Below are positions 45,082 to 54,108 of a stretch of DNA of 64,000 nucleotides, in pieces. Within the stretch, counting starts at the first letter, position 1, and each line of letters opens with the position of its first letter. The notes under the pieces were generated by a model. That model was not told the origin of the DNA, searched no databases, and worked only from the letters and a program-made list of their open reading frames with translations. The DNA comes from Bacteroidia bacterium (GTDB lineage: Bacteria > Bacteroidota > Bacteroidia > UKL13-3), in assembly GCA_018058135.1 (NCBI GenBank), contig JAGPCK010000010.1, positions 108-64,107 on the forward strand, in the 5' to 3' direction. Position numbers and translations under genes: made by a program.

Positions 45082-45762
45082 TCAAAGACTAAAATCGACC
45101 GGAGCAATACCCTTGCTTATCAGGTAGGCGTTAGTTTTGGAGAAAGGTTTTGAACCCAGAAAACCGTTGTGTGCCGAAAGAGGAGAGGGGTGGGCTGAGG
45201 CTATAACATGGTGTTTACTTTCATCAATCAACGCACGTTTACTTTGAGCATAACGACCCCACAGAATAAAAACAACGTGTGTTTTGTGTTTCGAAATAGC
45301 CTGAATGGTTTTATCGGTAAAAATTTCCCAACCCTTGTTTTGATGAGAACCGGCTTCATGCGCTCTTACAGTTAAGGTAGCGTTGAGCAGCAATATGCCT
45401 TGTTGTGCCCATGAACTTAAATCTCCGTGAGTGGGGATAGGAATATTTAAATCTGCCTGGAGTTCTTTAAAAATGTTGACTAAAGAGGGCGGAGGTTTAA
45501 CTCCTCGGTTAACAGAAAAACATAAGCCGTTGGCTTGTCCCGGCCCGTGGTAGGGGTCTTGCCCCAATATCACTACTTTAACGTTATCAAATGGAGTTGC
45601 ATCAAATGCTGCAAAAATTTGCTTGCCGGGGGGATAGATAATTTTTCCGCTGTTTTTTTCGGCTACGAGAAATGTTTTGAGTGAGGCAAAATAGGCTGAG
45701 TCAAACTCTTCATGCAGTAGTTTTTTCCAGCTTTCATCCAATTGAACAGATGAGGAGGCCAT
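45082..45762 (-). CDS. ung: uracil-DNA glycosylase
   Basis: 226 aa. VVILGQDPYHGPGQANGLCFSV and HPSPLSA motifs. Confidence 0.93.
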   Translation of the reverse strand: MASSSVQLDESWKKLLHEEFDSAYFASLKTFLVAEKNSGKIIYPPGKQIFAAFDATPFDNVKVVILGQDPYHGPGQANGLCFSVNRGVKPPPSLVNIFKELQADLNIPIPTHGDLSSWAQQGILLLNATLTVRAHEAGSHQNKGWEIFTDKTIQAISKHKTHVVFILWGRYAQSKRALIDESKHHVIASAHPSPLSAHNGFLGSKPFSKTNAYLISKGIAPVDFSL

Positions 45763-45765
45763 GGT

Positions 45766-46818
45766 TTAAACTTTTACCACCCAGCCAAAAGTATCAGCGA
45801 TTCGGGCTGTTTTAATATCTTCCATGGTTTGCTTCAGCATCTTTGAAACCACCCTAGTTTCTGCTTCAGGAAGTTCATAATCTTTGCCTTTATATCCTAT
45901 AGTAGATATTGGAGCAATGGTGGCTGCCGTACCCGTACCGAATGCGTCCGTCAGTTTACCTTGTTTACAAGCCTCTATTACTTCAGTTATTTCCACTTTA
46001 CGTTCTTCAACCATGTAACCGTTGTGGCGTAAAATTTCAATGCATGATTTACGGGTTACCCCATCCAGAATGTTGCCATCCAGTTGTGGTGTTACTATTG
46101 TTCCATCAATTTCAAAAAACAGGTTGGTGGTACCGGATTCTTCTACGTAAGTAAAATCACGCCCGTCCATCCATATAATCTGATCGTATCCTTCTTTTTG
46201 TGCCTCCAGTGTGGGCAACATGGAAATTCCGTAGTTGCCGGCAGCTTTGGCAAAGCCTGCGCCTCCATCAAAAGAGCGTACATATTTATCAGCTACCTTT
46301 ACCCTGAGTGGCTTATTGTAATAAGCATTTACAGGGCAACAGAAAATCATAAAGGAATAGTTAGAGGATGGGCGTACACCAATAAAATCATCTGTAGCAA
46401 ACATAAAAGGACGCACATATAGTCCGCTCCCTTCTTTGGTAGGAATCCAGTTGATGTCTTTAGCGATAAGCGCTTTTAACCCGGCCATAAAAATATCTTC
46501 GGGTATTTCAGGCATGCACATTCTGCGTGCCGAGACATTCAAACGGGCCCAGTTTTCAAGAGGTCTGAATAAAAGTGCTTCCCCTTGGGTATTTTTATAA
46601 GCTTTCATACCTTCAAAAATTCCCTGACCGTAGTGTATTACACTCATAGCCGGACTGAACGGGATAGGGCCAAAGGGAATTATGCGCGCATTTTGCCAAT
46701 TTCCCTCACTGTAATCAACACAAAACATGTGATCGGTAAATATTTTCCCGAACTGCACATTATCAAAATCGCATTGGTCTATTCGAGAGGAGGTAGAGGT
46801 TGTTACTTTTATTTCCAT
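45766..46818 (-). CDS. ilvE: branched-chain amino acid aminotransferase
   Basis: ~350 aa from the ATG at 46818 (MEIKVTT...). Fold-type IV motifs ...HYGQGIFEGMKAY... and ...EESGTTNLFF... Confidence 0.9.
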   Translation of the reverse strand: MEIKVTTSTSSRIDQCDFDNVQFGKIFTDHMFCVDYSEGNWQNARIIPFGPIPFSPAMSVIHYGQGIFEGMKAYKNTQGEALLFRPLENWARLNVSARRMCMPEIPEDIFMAGLKALIAKDINWIPTKEGSGLYVRPFMFATDDFIGVRPSSNYSFMIFCCPVNAYYNKPLRVKVADKYVRSFDGGAGFAKAAGNYGISMLPTLEAQKEGYDQIIWMDGRDFTYVEESGTTNLFFEIDGTIVTPQLDGNILDGVTRKSCIEILRHNGYMVEERKVEITEVIEACKQGKLTDAFGTGTAATIAPISTIGYKGKDYELPEAETRVVSKMLKQTMEDIKTARIADTFGWVVKV

Positions 46819-46875
46819 GTAAAAACCCTTTGTTGGGGTGGCCAAATTTCGTGTAATTTGCTTCGAAAACAAATT

Positions 46876-47364
46876 ATGAGTACAGATAATTCCACCCGGC
46901 CAGATTTGCATGCAATTGCTATGCTTTTTGATGAGCCGTTAATCGTTCACAGAGTTGCAGTTAAGTCTGATGAAATAAGCCTACCCAAGTATGTGGGAGC
47001 TAACCAAAAGGGGCTGGTGTTTCTTCGGGCACTAACAGATACCCAAAATGAAATACTTGATCAGTTGTTGAATGATATTATAGTTAAGGGGCTAAAATAT
47101 ACTGAAGATGATTGCGCACTTATTACATGGGACAAAAACTTTGGATGGAATGAACTGAAGTCAGTTACATCAGTTAAACACCTGATCCTTTTTGGTGTTG
47201 AGCCTCAGCAATTAGGCATCAAAAGAAATGCAACAGAGAAATATGTTTCCTTTTTTATTGAAGATACAAAGGTGATAACAGCTGATTCATTGCAAAAGAT
47301 AAGTGATGATGTGAATGTGAAGAAGAAGTTCTGGCAGGCATTACAAACCATTTTAAAAAAGTAA
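46876..47364 (+). CDS. hypothetical protein
   Basis: 162 aa from the ATG at 46876 (MSTDNSTRPDL...). The track's longer version overlaps the ilvE 5' end on the other strand. Confidence 0.5.
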   Translation: MSTDNSTRPDLHAIAMLFDEPLIVHRVAVKSDEISLPKYVGANQKGLVFLRALTDTQNEILDQLLNDIIVKGLKYTEDDCALITWDKNFGWNELKSVTSVKHLILFGVEPQQLGIKRNATEKYVSFFIEDTKVITADSLQKISDDVNVKKKFWQALQTILKK

Positions 47365-47365
47365 G

Positions 47366-47944
47366 ATGAAAAATCTTGTTTTCGCCTCACACAATGCACA
47401 CAAAGTAAAAGAGATAAATCAGTTACTGGACGGCAAATACAACGTACAGTCATTGGCTGAAAGCGGTTTTACCGAGGAAATTGAAGAGACCGGCAGCACT
47501 TTAACGGAGAACGCACTATTAAAAGCCAGATCTATTTATAGCAAGTTACATTGCGATTGTTTTGCCGATGATACAGGTTTGGAGGTAGATGCCTTGGAGG
47601 GGCGACCGGGTGTTTATTCCGCCAGGTATGCCGGTGAGCCTAAAAACGACAGGAATAATATTCTTTTACTGTTGCAGGAATTGCAGGGAATAAAGAAAAG
47701 AACAGCCAGATTTAAGACAGTTATAGCATTGATTCTGGAAGGGAAAGAGTACCTGTTCGAAGGAGTAATTGAGGGCACTATTTCAGAAGAGATGAGGGGA
47801 AATAACGGGTTTGGTTATGACCCTGTTTTTATTCCGGCAGGTAACCATACAACCTTTGCTGAAATGACAGCCGTGCAAAAGAATGACATCAGTCACAGGG
47901 CAATAGCAGTAAGAAAGTTAGCTGATTTTTTGTGTTCGGTATAG
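47366..47944 (+). CDS. rdgB: dITP/XTP pyrophosphatase (RdgB/HAM1 family)
   Basis: 192 aa. ...ASHNAHKVKE..., ...FADDTGLEVDAL...PGVYSARY..., ...GFGYDPVF... Confidence 0.9.
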   Translation: MKNLVFASHNAHKVKEINQLLDGKYNVQSLAESGFTEEIEETGSTLTENALLKARSIYSKLHCDCFADDTGLEVDALEGRPGVYSARYAGEPKNDRNNILLLLQELQGIKKRTARFKTVIALILEGKEYLFEGVIEGTISEEMRGNNGFGYDPVFIPAGNHTTFAEMTAVQKNDISHRAIAVRKLADFLCSV

Positions 47945-47947
47945 AAT

Positions 47948-49054
47948 TTACGCCTGTCCTCTTTCCGCTTTTTTAGCTTTCAGATTCTTTTCACGCATAA
48001 AATTACTCTCATTCTTATTTTGTTGAATGAGAAACTCAGGAACAAAGCAAAGAATTAAAGCTATACCCGAAACAGTAAGCAGGTGATTCATTACAGGAGC
48101 GTCTTTCATAATGAACCCCATAATAACAAAAATGATATTGATGAGGTAAAGGAGCAAGGAGGCTTCTGCATGGTTTAAACCAAGTTGTAGAATCGAATGG
48201 TGTAAGTGGTTTTGGTCAGCTTTTAAAGGAGATTGACGTTTCACCACACGAAGAATAAACACTCGCAATGTATCTGCCAAAGGTAATATAAGGATAGAAA
48301 TAGCAATGGAAGGTAAAGTCCCTGAGTTAAAGCTGAAGTTGATTGGTTTTACTGAAGCTGAATTAATGAAAACTAAAGTGAAAATGGAGATGATGAATCC
48401 TATAGTTAGTGCACCGGAATCTCCCATAAAGATGCGTGCAGGGTTAAAATTATAGAATAAGAAACCCAACAAAGCTCCTGCAAGTCCGAATGCGATAACT
48501 GACCAACCTATATAGCCTATAAAGTTGAACCATATACCAAAGGTGAGTGCGGTAATCATTCCTATTCCCCCGGCTAGTCCGTCAATGCCATCAATGAGGT
48601 TGAAGGAGTTGGTAATTACAATGATGGTGAAGGTGGTAATGAGAAAACTGGCTACATAAGGAATTTCATGTATTCCAAAAATGCCGTAGAAGGAAGATAT
48701 ACGTATGTCTGACCCCAAAATTATGATGATGGCAGCCAAAATCTGAGAAATTAATTTTTTGTAGGGAGTAAGTTTTACCAAATCATCTTTAAGGCCCGAG
48801 AAGAAAAGTACGAACAAAGCAGCTTCAAAGTACTGTAAACGTGGAAGGTCGGTCCATATGCCCCAGAGTGTGGTAGAGAAAAAGAAACCGGCAAAGATGG
48901 CTAATCCACCCAAACGGGGAATGTCTTCACTATGAATTTTCCGTTCATCAGGCACATCGTACAATCCTTTCATGGTTGAAACCATGCGTATAGTGGGGAT
49001 GGCGAATATTACTACCGCAAGAGCAGTGAAAAAAGATAGGATTAAATTTATCAT
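47948..49054 (-). CDS. glycosyltransferase family 4 (MraY/WecA-like polyprenyl-phosphate HexNAc-1-P transferase)
   Basis: ~10 TM segments. NSFNLIDGIDGLA and MGDSGAL motifs. ATG at 49054 preferred; the track TTG at 49078 is possible. Confidence 0.8.
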   Translation of the reverse strand: MINLILSFFTALAVVIFAIPTIRMVSTMKGLYDVPDERKIHSEDIPRLGGLAIFAGFFFSTTLWGIWTDLPRLQYFEAALFVLFFSGLKDDLVKLTPYKKLISQILAAIIIILGSDIRISSFYGIFGIHEIPYVASFLITTFTIIVITNSFNLIDGIDGLAGGIGMITALTFGIWFNFIGYIGWSVIAFGLAGALLGFLFYNFNPARIFMGDSGALTIGFIISIFTLVFINSASVKPINFSFNSGTLPSIAISILILPLADTLRVFILRVVKRQSPLKADQNHLHHSILQLGLNHAEASLLLYLINIIFVIMGFIMKDAPVMNHLLTVSGIALILCFVPEFLIQQNKNESNFMREKNLKAKKAERGQA

Positions 49055-49103
49055 GCGGTCTTTTTTTTGTTTTGGCAAATATCAGTTTTAAGCCCTTAGT
49101 CTT

Positions 49104-49111
49104 CAAAAATA
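49104..49111 (-). promoter_or_regulatory. candidate -7 box
   Basis: Minus-strand tatttttg, upstream of the GT4 gene. Confidence 0.3.
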
Positions 49112-49142
49112 TTTATCCTCACTAATGCTATGTTCGTCTAAT

Positions 49143-50540
49143 TTAGTGTAATATGGTATTTGCAGTTTTTTGTAAAATTTCCTCAGCTCTTTTTTGGGTA
49201 GAAGCTTCAGCATAAGTACGTAATACCGGTTCTGTACCGCTTGGTCGTATCATTACCCATTCTCCGTTCCCCAAATGGAACTTATACCCGTCTAAATCTT
49301 CTGTGCTCTCAACAATTAAATCGTCAAATGCTTTATACATTCCCTTTTTACAATTGCTTATAATTTCCTGCTTTTTTTCTTCTTTAATGTGAAGGTCGCT
49401 ACGTTCCATGGAGAAAGTACCGGTTACTTCATAAACCTCCTGAATGAGTTCATCAAGTGATTTTCCGGTTTTGGCCATAAACTCCCAAAGAGTAATACCA
49501 ATCCATATGCCGTCACGCTCAGGAATGTGGCCGGTAATGGCAATACCACCTGATTCTTCCCCACCTACCAAAACATTCTCAACAATCATATACTCACAAA
49601 TGTATTTGAACCCGATTTTGGTGATTTGTACAGGTAGGCTATAAGCCTCACAAAGTTTAGCAACTTTACTGGTGGCACTAAAGGTGGTGATAACTTTACC
49701 TGAAAGTCCTTTGTACTTGTGCAGGTAATGAACCAATAGGAGAATGATGTGATGGGAGTCAACAAACTCTCCTTTTTTGTTATAGAGTCCGATACGATCA
49801 GCATCACCGTCTGTCACAAGACCACAGTCAATTTCTTCCGACAATCGAATCATGTCAGAAAATTCCTGCAGGTTTTTATGAATTGGTTCCGGGGCTTGTC
49901 CCATAAACCCGGGGTTATAATCACAGTGTAGGAAGGTAGCTTCCGGGAAAAGTCGTCTGATTACATTTTGTCCTGCCCCATACATAGCATCGTAAGCGAG
50001 CTCTAGCTTTTTATCTTTTATTAATTGAATGTCGAAATTCTTTTCTATGTGTTCACAGTACAAGTCTTCCAGATTAACGTATTCAATTTTTTTATCAGCA
50101 ACGGCTTTGCTGAAATCAGCCATGTTCCCGTCAAAAGTATCAGGTATAAGTGATTCAACCTCATCTATCATGGCTGGTGTGGCAGGGCCCCCGTAAGAAG
50201 CTTTGATTTTAAAACCGTTGTAAGAGGGTGGGTTATGGCTGGCTGTAATAATGATACCTGCATCGGCTTTGTAATGAACAGTTCCCAAAGAAATCATAGG
50301 AGTTGATACAAAATCTTTGGCCAGAAATACCTTAATCCCATGAGCAACTAAAATAGCCGCAGTGGTTTCAGCAAACATTTCTCCGGCAAAACGACAGTCG
50401 TGGCCAACAACAGCAATAGGATTTGAGTTATTTTTCTTTAACCACACAGCGGTGGCCTGAGCAACTCTGCTTACATTTTCTAATGTAAAATCCTGCGCAA
50501 TAATTCCTCTCCATCCGTCAGTTCCGAATTTAATTTTCAT
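49143..50540 (-). CDS. phosphohexomutase (phosphoglucomutase/phosphomannomutase family)
   Basis: 465 aa. Active-site loop TASHNPPSYNGFK and metal loop TDGDADR. Confidence 0.88.
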   Translation of the reverse strand: MKIKFGTDGWRGIIAQDFTLENVSRVAQATAVWLKKNNSNPIAVVGHDCRFAGEMFAETTAAILVAHGIKVFLAKDFVSTPMISLGTVHYKADAGIIITASHNPPSYNGFKIKASYGGPATPAMIDEVESLIPDTFDGNMADFSKAVADKKIEYVNLEDLYCEHIEKNFDIQLIKDKKLELAYDAMYGAGQNVIRRLFPEATFLHCDYNPGFMGQAPEPIHKNLQEFSDMIRLSEEIDCGLVTDGDADRIGLYNKKGEFVDSHHIILLLVHYLHKYKGLSGKVITTFSATSKVAKLCEAYSLPVQITKIGFKYICEYMIVENVLVGGEESGGIAITGHIPERDGIWIGITLWEFMAKTGKSLDELIQEVYEVTGTFSMERSDLHIKEEKKQEIISNCKKGMYKAFDDLIVESTEDLDGYKFHLGNGEWVMIRPSGTEPVLRTYAEASTQKRAEEILQKTANTILH

Positions 50541-50551
50541 ATCAGTAACGT

Positions 50552-51637
50552 TTAATTATTTTTTACAAAAGTGGTTATCTGTGTCCAGGAATCGGCACCC
50601 CGCAATGCATTGAGGTATTTAAGCGATTCACCGTATTGGATTTTTTGTTTATTGATTTCAATAATAGTGAGCTCAAATCTCTTAGAAGTAATGTCATTTT
50701 CAAACAACTTGAAATCTTCCCCCTGAAAGTCGGCAAACTGAATTTCTTTAAGTGGTTTTCCGTGATTGAAAAGTTTTACTGAAACAGGGGTGTACTCAAA
50801 AAACTCTTCGTTTTTTCGCCACAGTTCCACTATTTCAATGCCGGTGATACGTAACTGTGAGTAAGCATCAACAGGCGACTTTTGCATTACAGAGTCATAA
50901 AGTTCTTTGTCGTTGCGCAATGCTTTTTCTATGCGGTTAATGATTTCAGTGTTGCCGTTGTGTTGCACATCTCGGTCAATGTTGTAACGCACCAGTTTTT
51001 CAGTTTTAAAACAAGGTAATTCTTCTGTTTTTTTTGTTTTGTAATCGGTATTTTGCAGAATGTAAATGGCCTCTTGTTTGTCATGCAGTACCTTTTTACC
51101 AAATTGAATTAATCTGTAAACATACCGTCTGCTTTTTATGGCGTCCCAATGGCTGAAATTTGCAGAGCCGTTGGCATTGCAGCTGATAGTGTTTTGAGTT
51201 AAAGTTTCGAAAATTTCCTGAAAATCAACATATCCATAAGACACCACTTTACCGCTTAAATCAAAATCGGATAAGGTGACACCCATAGGATAAAAAGTGA
51301 ACCTGCCTTTTTTGAGGGTCCACAATTCATGTATAAAGATTGACTTGGAATAAGACATGCGGCTGTTGTTGCTTTGTTCAATCTGCTGTAGGGTGGAAGG
51401 AGATATTTCCACGTCTTTCTTCGGAGAGTCATACAACTTTACTTCTCCTGAAAGGATTTTATCGTACAGAAAAGCAGGCAATGCAGTAGCTAAATTAAAG
51501 CCCATGGTATCAGGTTGTTCAGCGGAAAATAACTGAATAATGACCGGCTTTTGAACGTATGCCGCAGCTTTTTCAGAATACGTAAGCAGGAGGAATAAAG
51601 AAAGAAATGTGAAAAAATGAGTCTTACGCAAATGCAT
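50552..51637 (-). CDS. secreted hypothetical protein
   Basis: 361 aa. Signal peptide ...LLLTYSEKAAA. The start overlaps the upstream acyl-CoA dehydrogenase stop by 14 nt. Confidence 0.55.
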   Translation of the reverse strand: MHLRKTHFFTFLSLFLLLTYSEKAAAYVQKPVIIQLFSAEQPDTMGFNLATALPAFLYDKILSGEVKLYDSPKKDVEISPSTLQQIEQSNNSRMSYSKSIFIHELWTLKKGRFTFYPMGVTLSDFDLSGKVVSYGYVDFQEIFETLTQNTISCNANGSANFSHWDAIKSRRYVYRLIQFGKKVLHDKQEAIYILQNTDYKTKKTEELPCFKTEKLVRYNIDRDVQHNGNTEIINRIEKALRNDKELYDSVMQKSPVDAYSQLRITGIEIVELWRKNEEFFEYTPVSVKLFNHGKPLKEIQFADFQGEDFKLFENDITSKRFELTIIEINKQKIQYGESLKYLNALRGADSWTQITTFVKNN

Positions 51638-52844
51638 TTTCTCCTGTTATTTCCATTCCCAGAATAAGCAAGTGCACATCATGGGTACCTTCATAGGTAA
51701 TTACTGATTCCAGATTCATCATGTGGCGCATAATCGGATACTCACCTGTTATGCCCATCCCGCCATGTATCTGACGTGCTTCGCGGGCTATATTCAGGGC
51801 TATTTCCACGTTGTTTCTTTTGCACATAGATATTTGTGCAGGAGTGGCTTTACCATCATTCATCAGTGTGCCCACTCTCCATGCCAATAACTGGGCTTTA
51901 GTAATTTCAGTAACCATTTCGGCCAGTTTCTTTTGTTGTAACTGAAAACCTGCAATTGGGCGCCCAAACTGAATACGTTCTTTAGAATAACGAAGAGCTG
52001 AGTCATAACAATCCATTGCTGCTCCCAAAGCCCCCCAACTAATACCATAGCGGGCTGAATTGAGGCAGGTTAAAGGACCTTTTAAACCCTCTACACCGGG
52101 TAAAAGGTTTTCTTTCGGAACTTTTACATTGTCAAAAACCAGCTCTCCGGTAGCAGATGCGCGTAATGACCATTTGTTGTGTGTTTCAGGTGTTGTAAAA
52201 CCGGCCATACCTCGCTCTACAATTATACCTCTTATTTTTCCCTGTTCATTTTTAGCCCACACTACAGCGATATCTGCAAATGGCGCATTGGAAATCCACA
52301 TTTTTGCACCGTTGAGCAAATAATGGTCGCCCATGTCTTTAATGTTGGTGGTCATGCCACCCGGGTTAGAGCCATGGTCAGGTTCAGTTAATCCGAAGCA
52401 ACCCATTAACTCGCCTTTAGCCAACTTTGGGAGGTATTTTCTTTTTTGTTCCTCAGAGCCGAATTTAAAAATGGGGTACATTACCAAAGAACCTTGTACG
52501 GAAGCTGTTGAGCGAATACCTGAGTCACACCTTTCCAGTTCCTGCATAATAAGTCCGTAGGAGATGTAGTCAAGTCCACCGCAACCATACTCCACTGGTA
52601 GTTGTGCTCCGAAGGCGCCTATTTCACCCAATCCTTTTAAAAGGTGATGTGGAAACTGAGCTTTTTGAGCTGCATCTTCAATAATGGGGGAGATATGCTT
52701 TTTTACCCAATCACGAACAGTGTTGCGAATTAGTTTGTGCTCTTCAGTTAGTAAATCGTCAACCATGTAAAAGTCGGGTTGAACGTATAAATCTGCTTTG
52801 CTGGCAGAGTGAAATGAATGTTCTGATGACATATTTAAACTCAT
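51624..52844 (-). CDS. acyl-CoA dehydrogenase (glutaryl-CoA dehydrogenase-like)
   Basis: 406 aa. ...FGLTEPDHGSNPGGM..., ...KMWISNA..., C-terminal ...YEGTHDVH... Confidence 0.85.
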   Translation of the reverse strand: MSLNMSSEHSFHSASKADLYVQPDFYMVDDLLTEEHKLIRNTVRDWVKKHISPIIEDAAQKAQFPHHLLKGLGEIGAFGAQLPVEYGCGGLDYISYGLIMQELERCDSGIRSTASVQGSLVMYPIFKFGSEEQKRKYLPKLAKGELMGCFGLTEPDHGSNPGGMTTNIKDMGDHYLLNGAKMWISNAPFADIAVVWAKNEQGKIRGIIVERGMAGFTTPETHNKWSLRASATGELVFDNVKVPKENLLPGVEGLKGPLTCLNSARYGISWGALGAAMDCYDSALRYSKERIQFGRPIAGFQLQQKKLAEMVTEITKAQLLAWRVGTLMNDGKATPAQISMCKRNNVEIALNIAREARQIHGGMGITGEYPIMRHMMNLESVITYEGTHDVHLLILGMEITGENAFA

Positions 52845-52931
52845 TGATTTTCTTTTTGTAGGTTGCGAAGGTAATAATTACCTTTCACAAGGTTTTCTTT
52901 TGTGGAATATTTGCTGACGAATGAACTAACA

Positions 52932-53288
52932 ATGGGGATTATTGAAATAAAAAATATCAGTATTTGGGCTCGAATAGGTTGGTATGATGAAGAATTGCTA
53001 ATTGCCAATGAGTTCCGTATTTCAGTCAAATTATGGGTGCGTGTTAATGAGAATATAAGCGAGCTAAATGAAACTGTAGATTATGCAAGTGTATCTAACA
53101 GCATTAAAATAGTTTTTCAACAGCCTGTTACCTTACTTGAGCAAATTAATGAACACATTGCTTTTAGTATTTTAAATGACTTTCAAGTTGTTGATAAATT
53201 GGTTGTTAAGGTAAAAAAGATGCATCCCTCCATAGGTGTAAAAGCCAATAGTGTAAGTTATAAAAAAGAATGGCACAGGTTGACATAA
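52932..53288 (+). CDS. folB: dihydroneopterin aldolase
   Basis: ~118 aa. MGIIEIKNISIWARIGWYDEE..., typical FolB start and size. A GTG at 52902 is an alternative start. Confidence 0.7.
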   Translation: MGIIEIKNISIWARIGWYDEELLIANEFRISVKLWVRVNENISELNETVDYASVSNSIKIVFQQPVTLLEQINEHIAFSILNDFQVVDKLVVKVKKMHPSIGVKANSVSYKKEWHRLT

Positions 53289-53358
53289 TAAAATTGTGTA
53301 ATATTTTTAAATATTTTAAATACCTTAGCCGTACTTTCAAATAAGCCTACTAATAACA

Positions 53359-54072
53359 ATGACCTTAAACTGTATATTGGTTGATGATGATAACCTGAGT
53401 ATAAAAATCATCAAGAGTTTTGTTCAGCAGACAGGTTTTCTGAATCTGTTAGGTGAATTTACAGATGGTATAGAAGCGGCAAACTATATCAACAACTCAA
53501 AGAACAAGAACATAGATATTATGTTTTTGGATATTCAAATGCCCGGCATGACGGGTATGGAGTTGTTGCGTACGTTCGAAAACTTACCCCAGATAATTTT
53601 AATCAGTGGTCATGATAATCATGCAATTGAAGCATTTGAGCAGGGAGTTACTGATTATTTGTTAAAGCCTGTTACTTACCCTCGCTTCCTAAAAGCCGTT
53701 AACAGGGCAAAAGAGGAAATTGAGGCACTGCAACAAAGTATTGTATCCAACAACAACAACCATATTTTTATCAAACAAGCCTACAATCTGTTAAAGATTG
53801 ATAATGACTCTATCTTTTGGGTAGAAGCATTGGGTGACTATATCAACATTTTTACAGATAAAGATAAATATACCGTACACTCTACAATGAAAAATATCGA
53901 GAGCAAATTGCCCAAAGATAAATTCCTTAGAGTACATCGTTCTTTTATTGTCAATACGAATAAGATTGAAAAAGTTGATTTGGATGATGGGTTGCTGGTA
54001 GTCGAGAAAAAACTGATTCCCATTGGTATCTCATACAAAGAAACTCTCTTGAAAACACTTAATGCTATATAA
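53359..54072 (+). CDS. LytTR-family response regulator (REC + LytTR DNA-binding domain)
   Basis: 237 aa. ILVDDD..., ...FLDIQMPGMTGMEL..., C-terminal ...FLRVHRSFIVN... Confidence 0.9.
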   Translation: MTLNCILVDDDNLSIKIIKSFVQQTGFLNLLGEFTDGIEAANYINNSKNKNIDIMFLDIQMPGMTGMELLRTFENLPQIILISGHDNHAIEAFEQGVTDYLLKPVTYPRFLKAVNRAKEEIEALQQSIVSNNNNHIFIKQAYNLLKIDNDSIFWVEALGDYINIFTDKDKYTVHSTMKNIESKLPKDKFLRVHRSFIVNTNKIEKVDLDDGLLVVEKKLIPIGISYKETLLKTLNAI

Positions 54073-54108
54073 CCATGCTCTGCTGTTCACTACAATCAAA
54101 AAAAGAAT

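Noticed and set aside
46585-46875. Long N-terminal extension of the 46585..47364 ORF.
   Set aside because: It overlaps the ilvE 5' coding region on the opposite strand and encodes low-plausibility sequence. The ATG at 46876 leaves a 57-nt divergent spacer.
50552-51637. Possible GldN/PorN-like T9SS component.
   Set aside because: The only basis is a vague resemblance (secreted, ~360 aa, LPAFLYDKILSGEVKLYD-type segment). There is no gldK/L/M context and no motif I can name with confidence.
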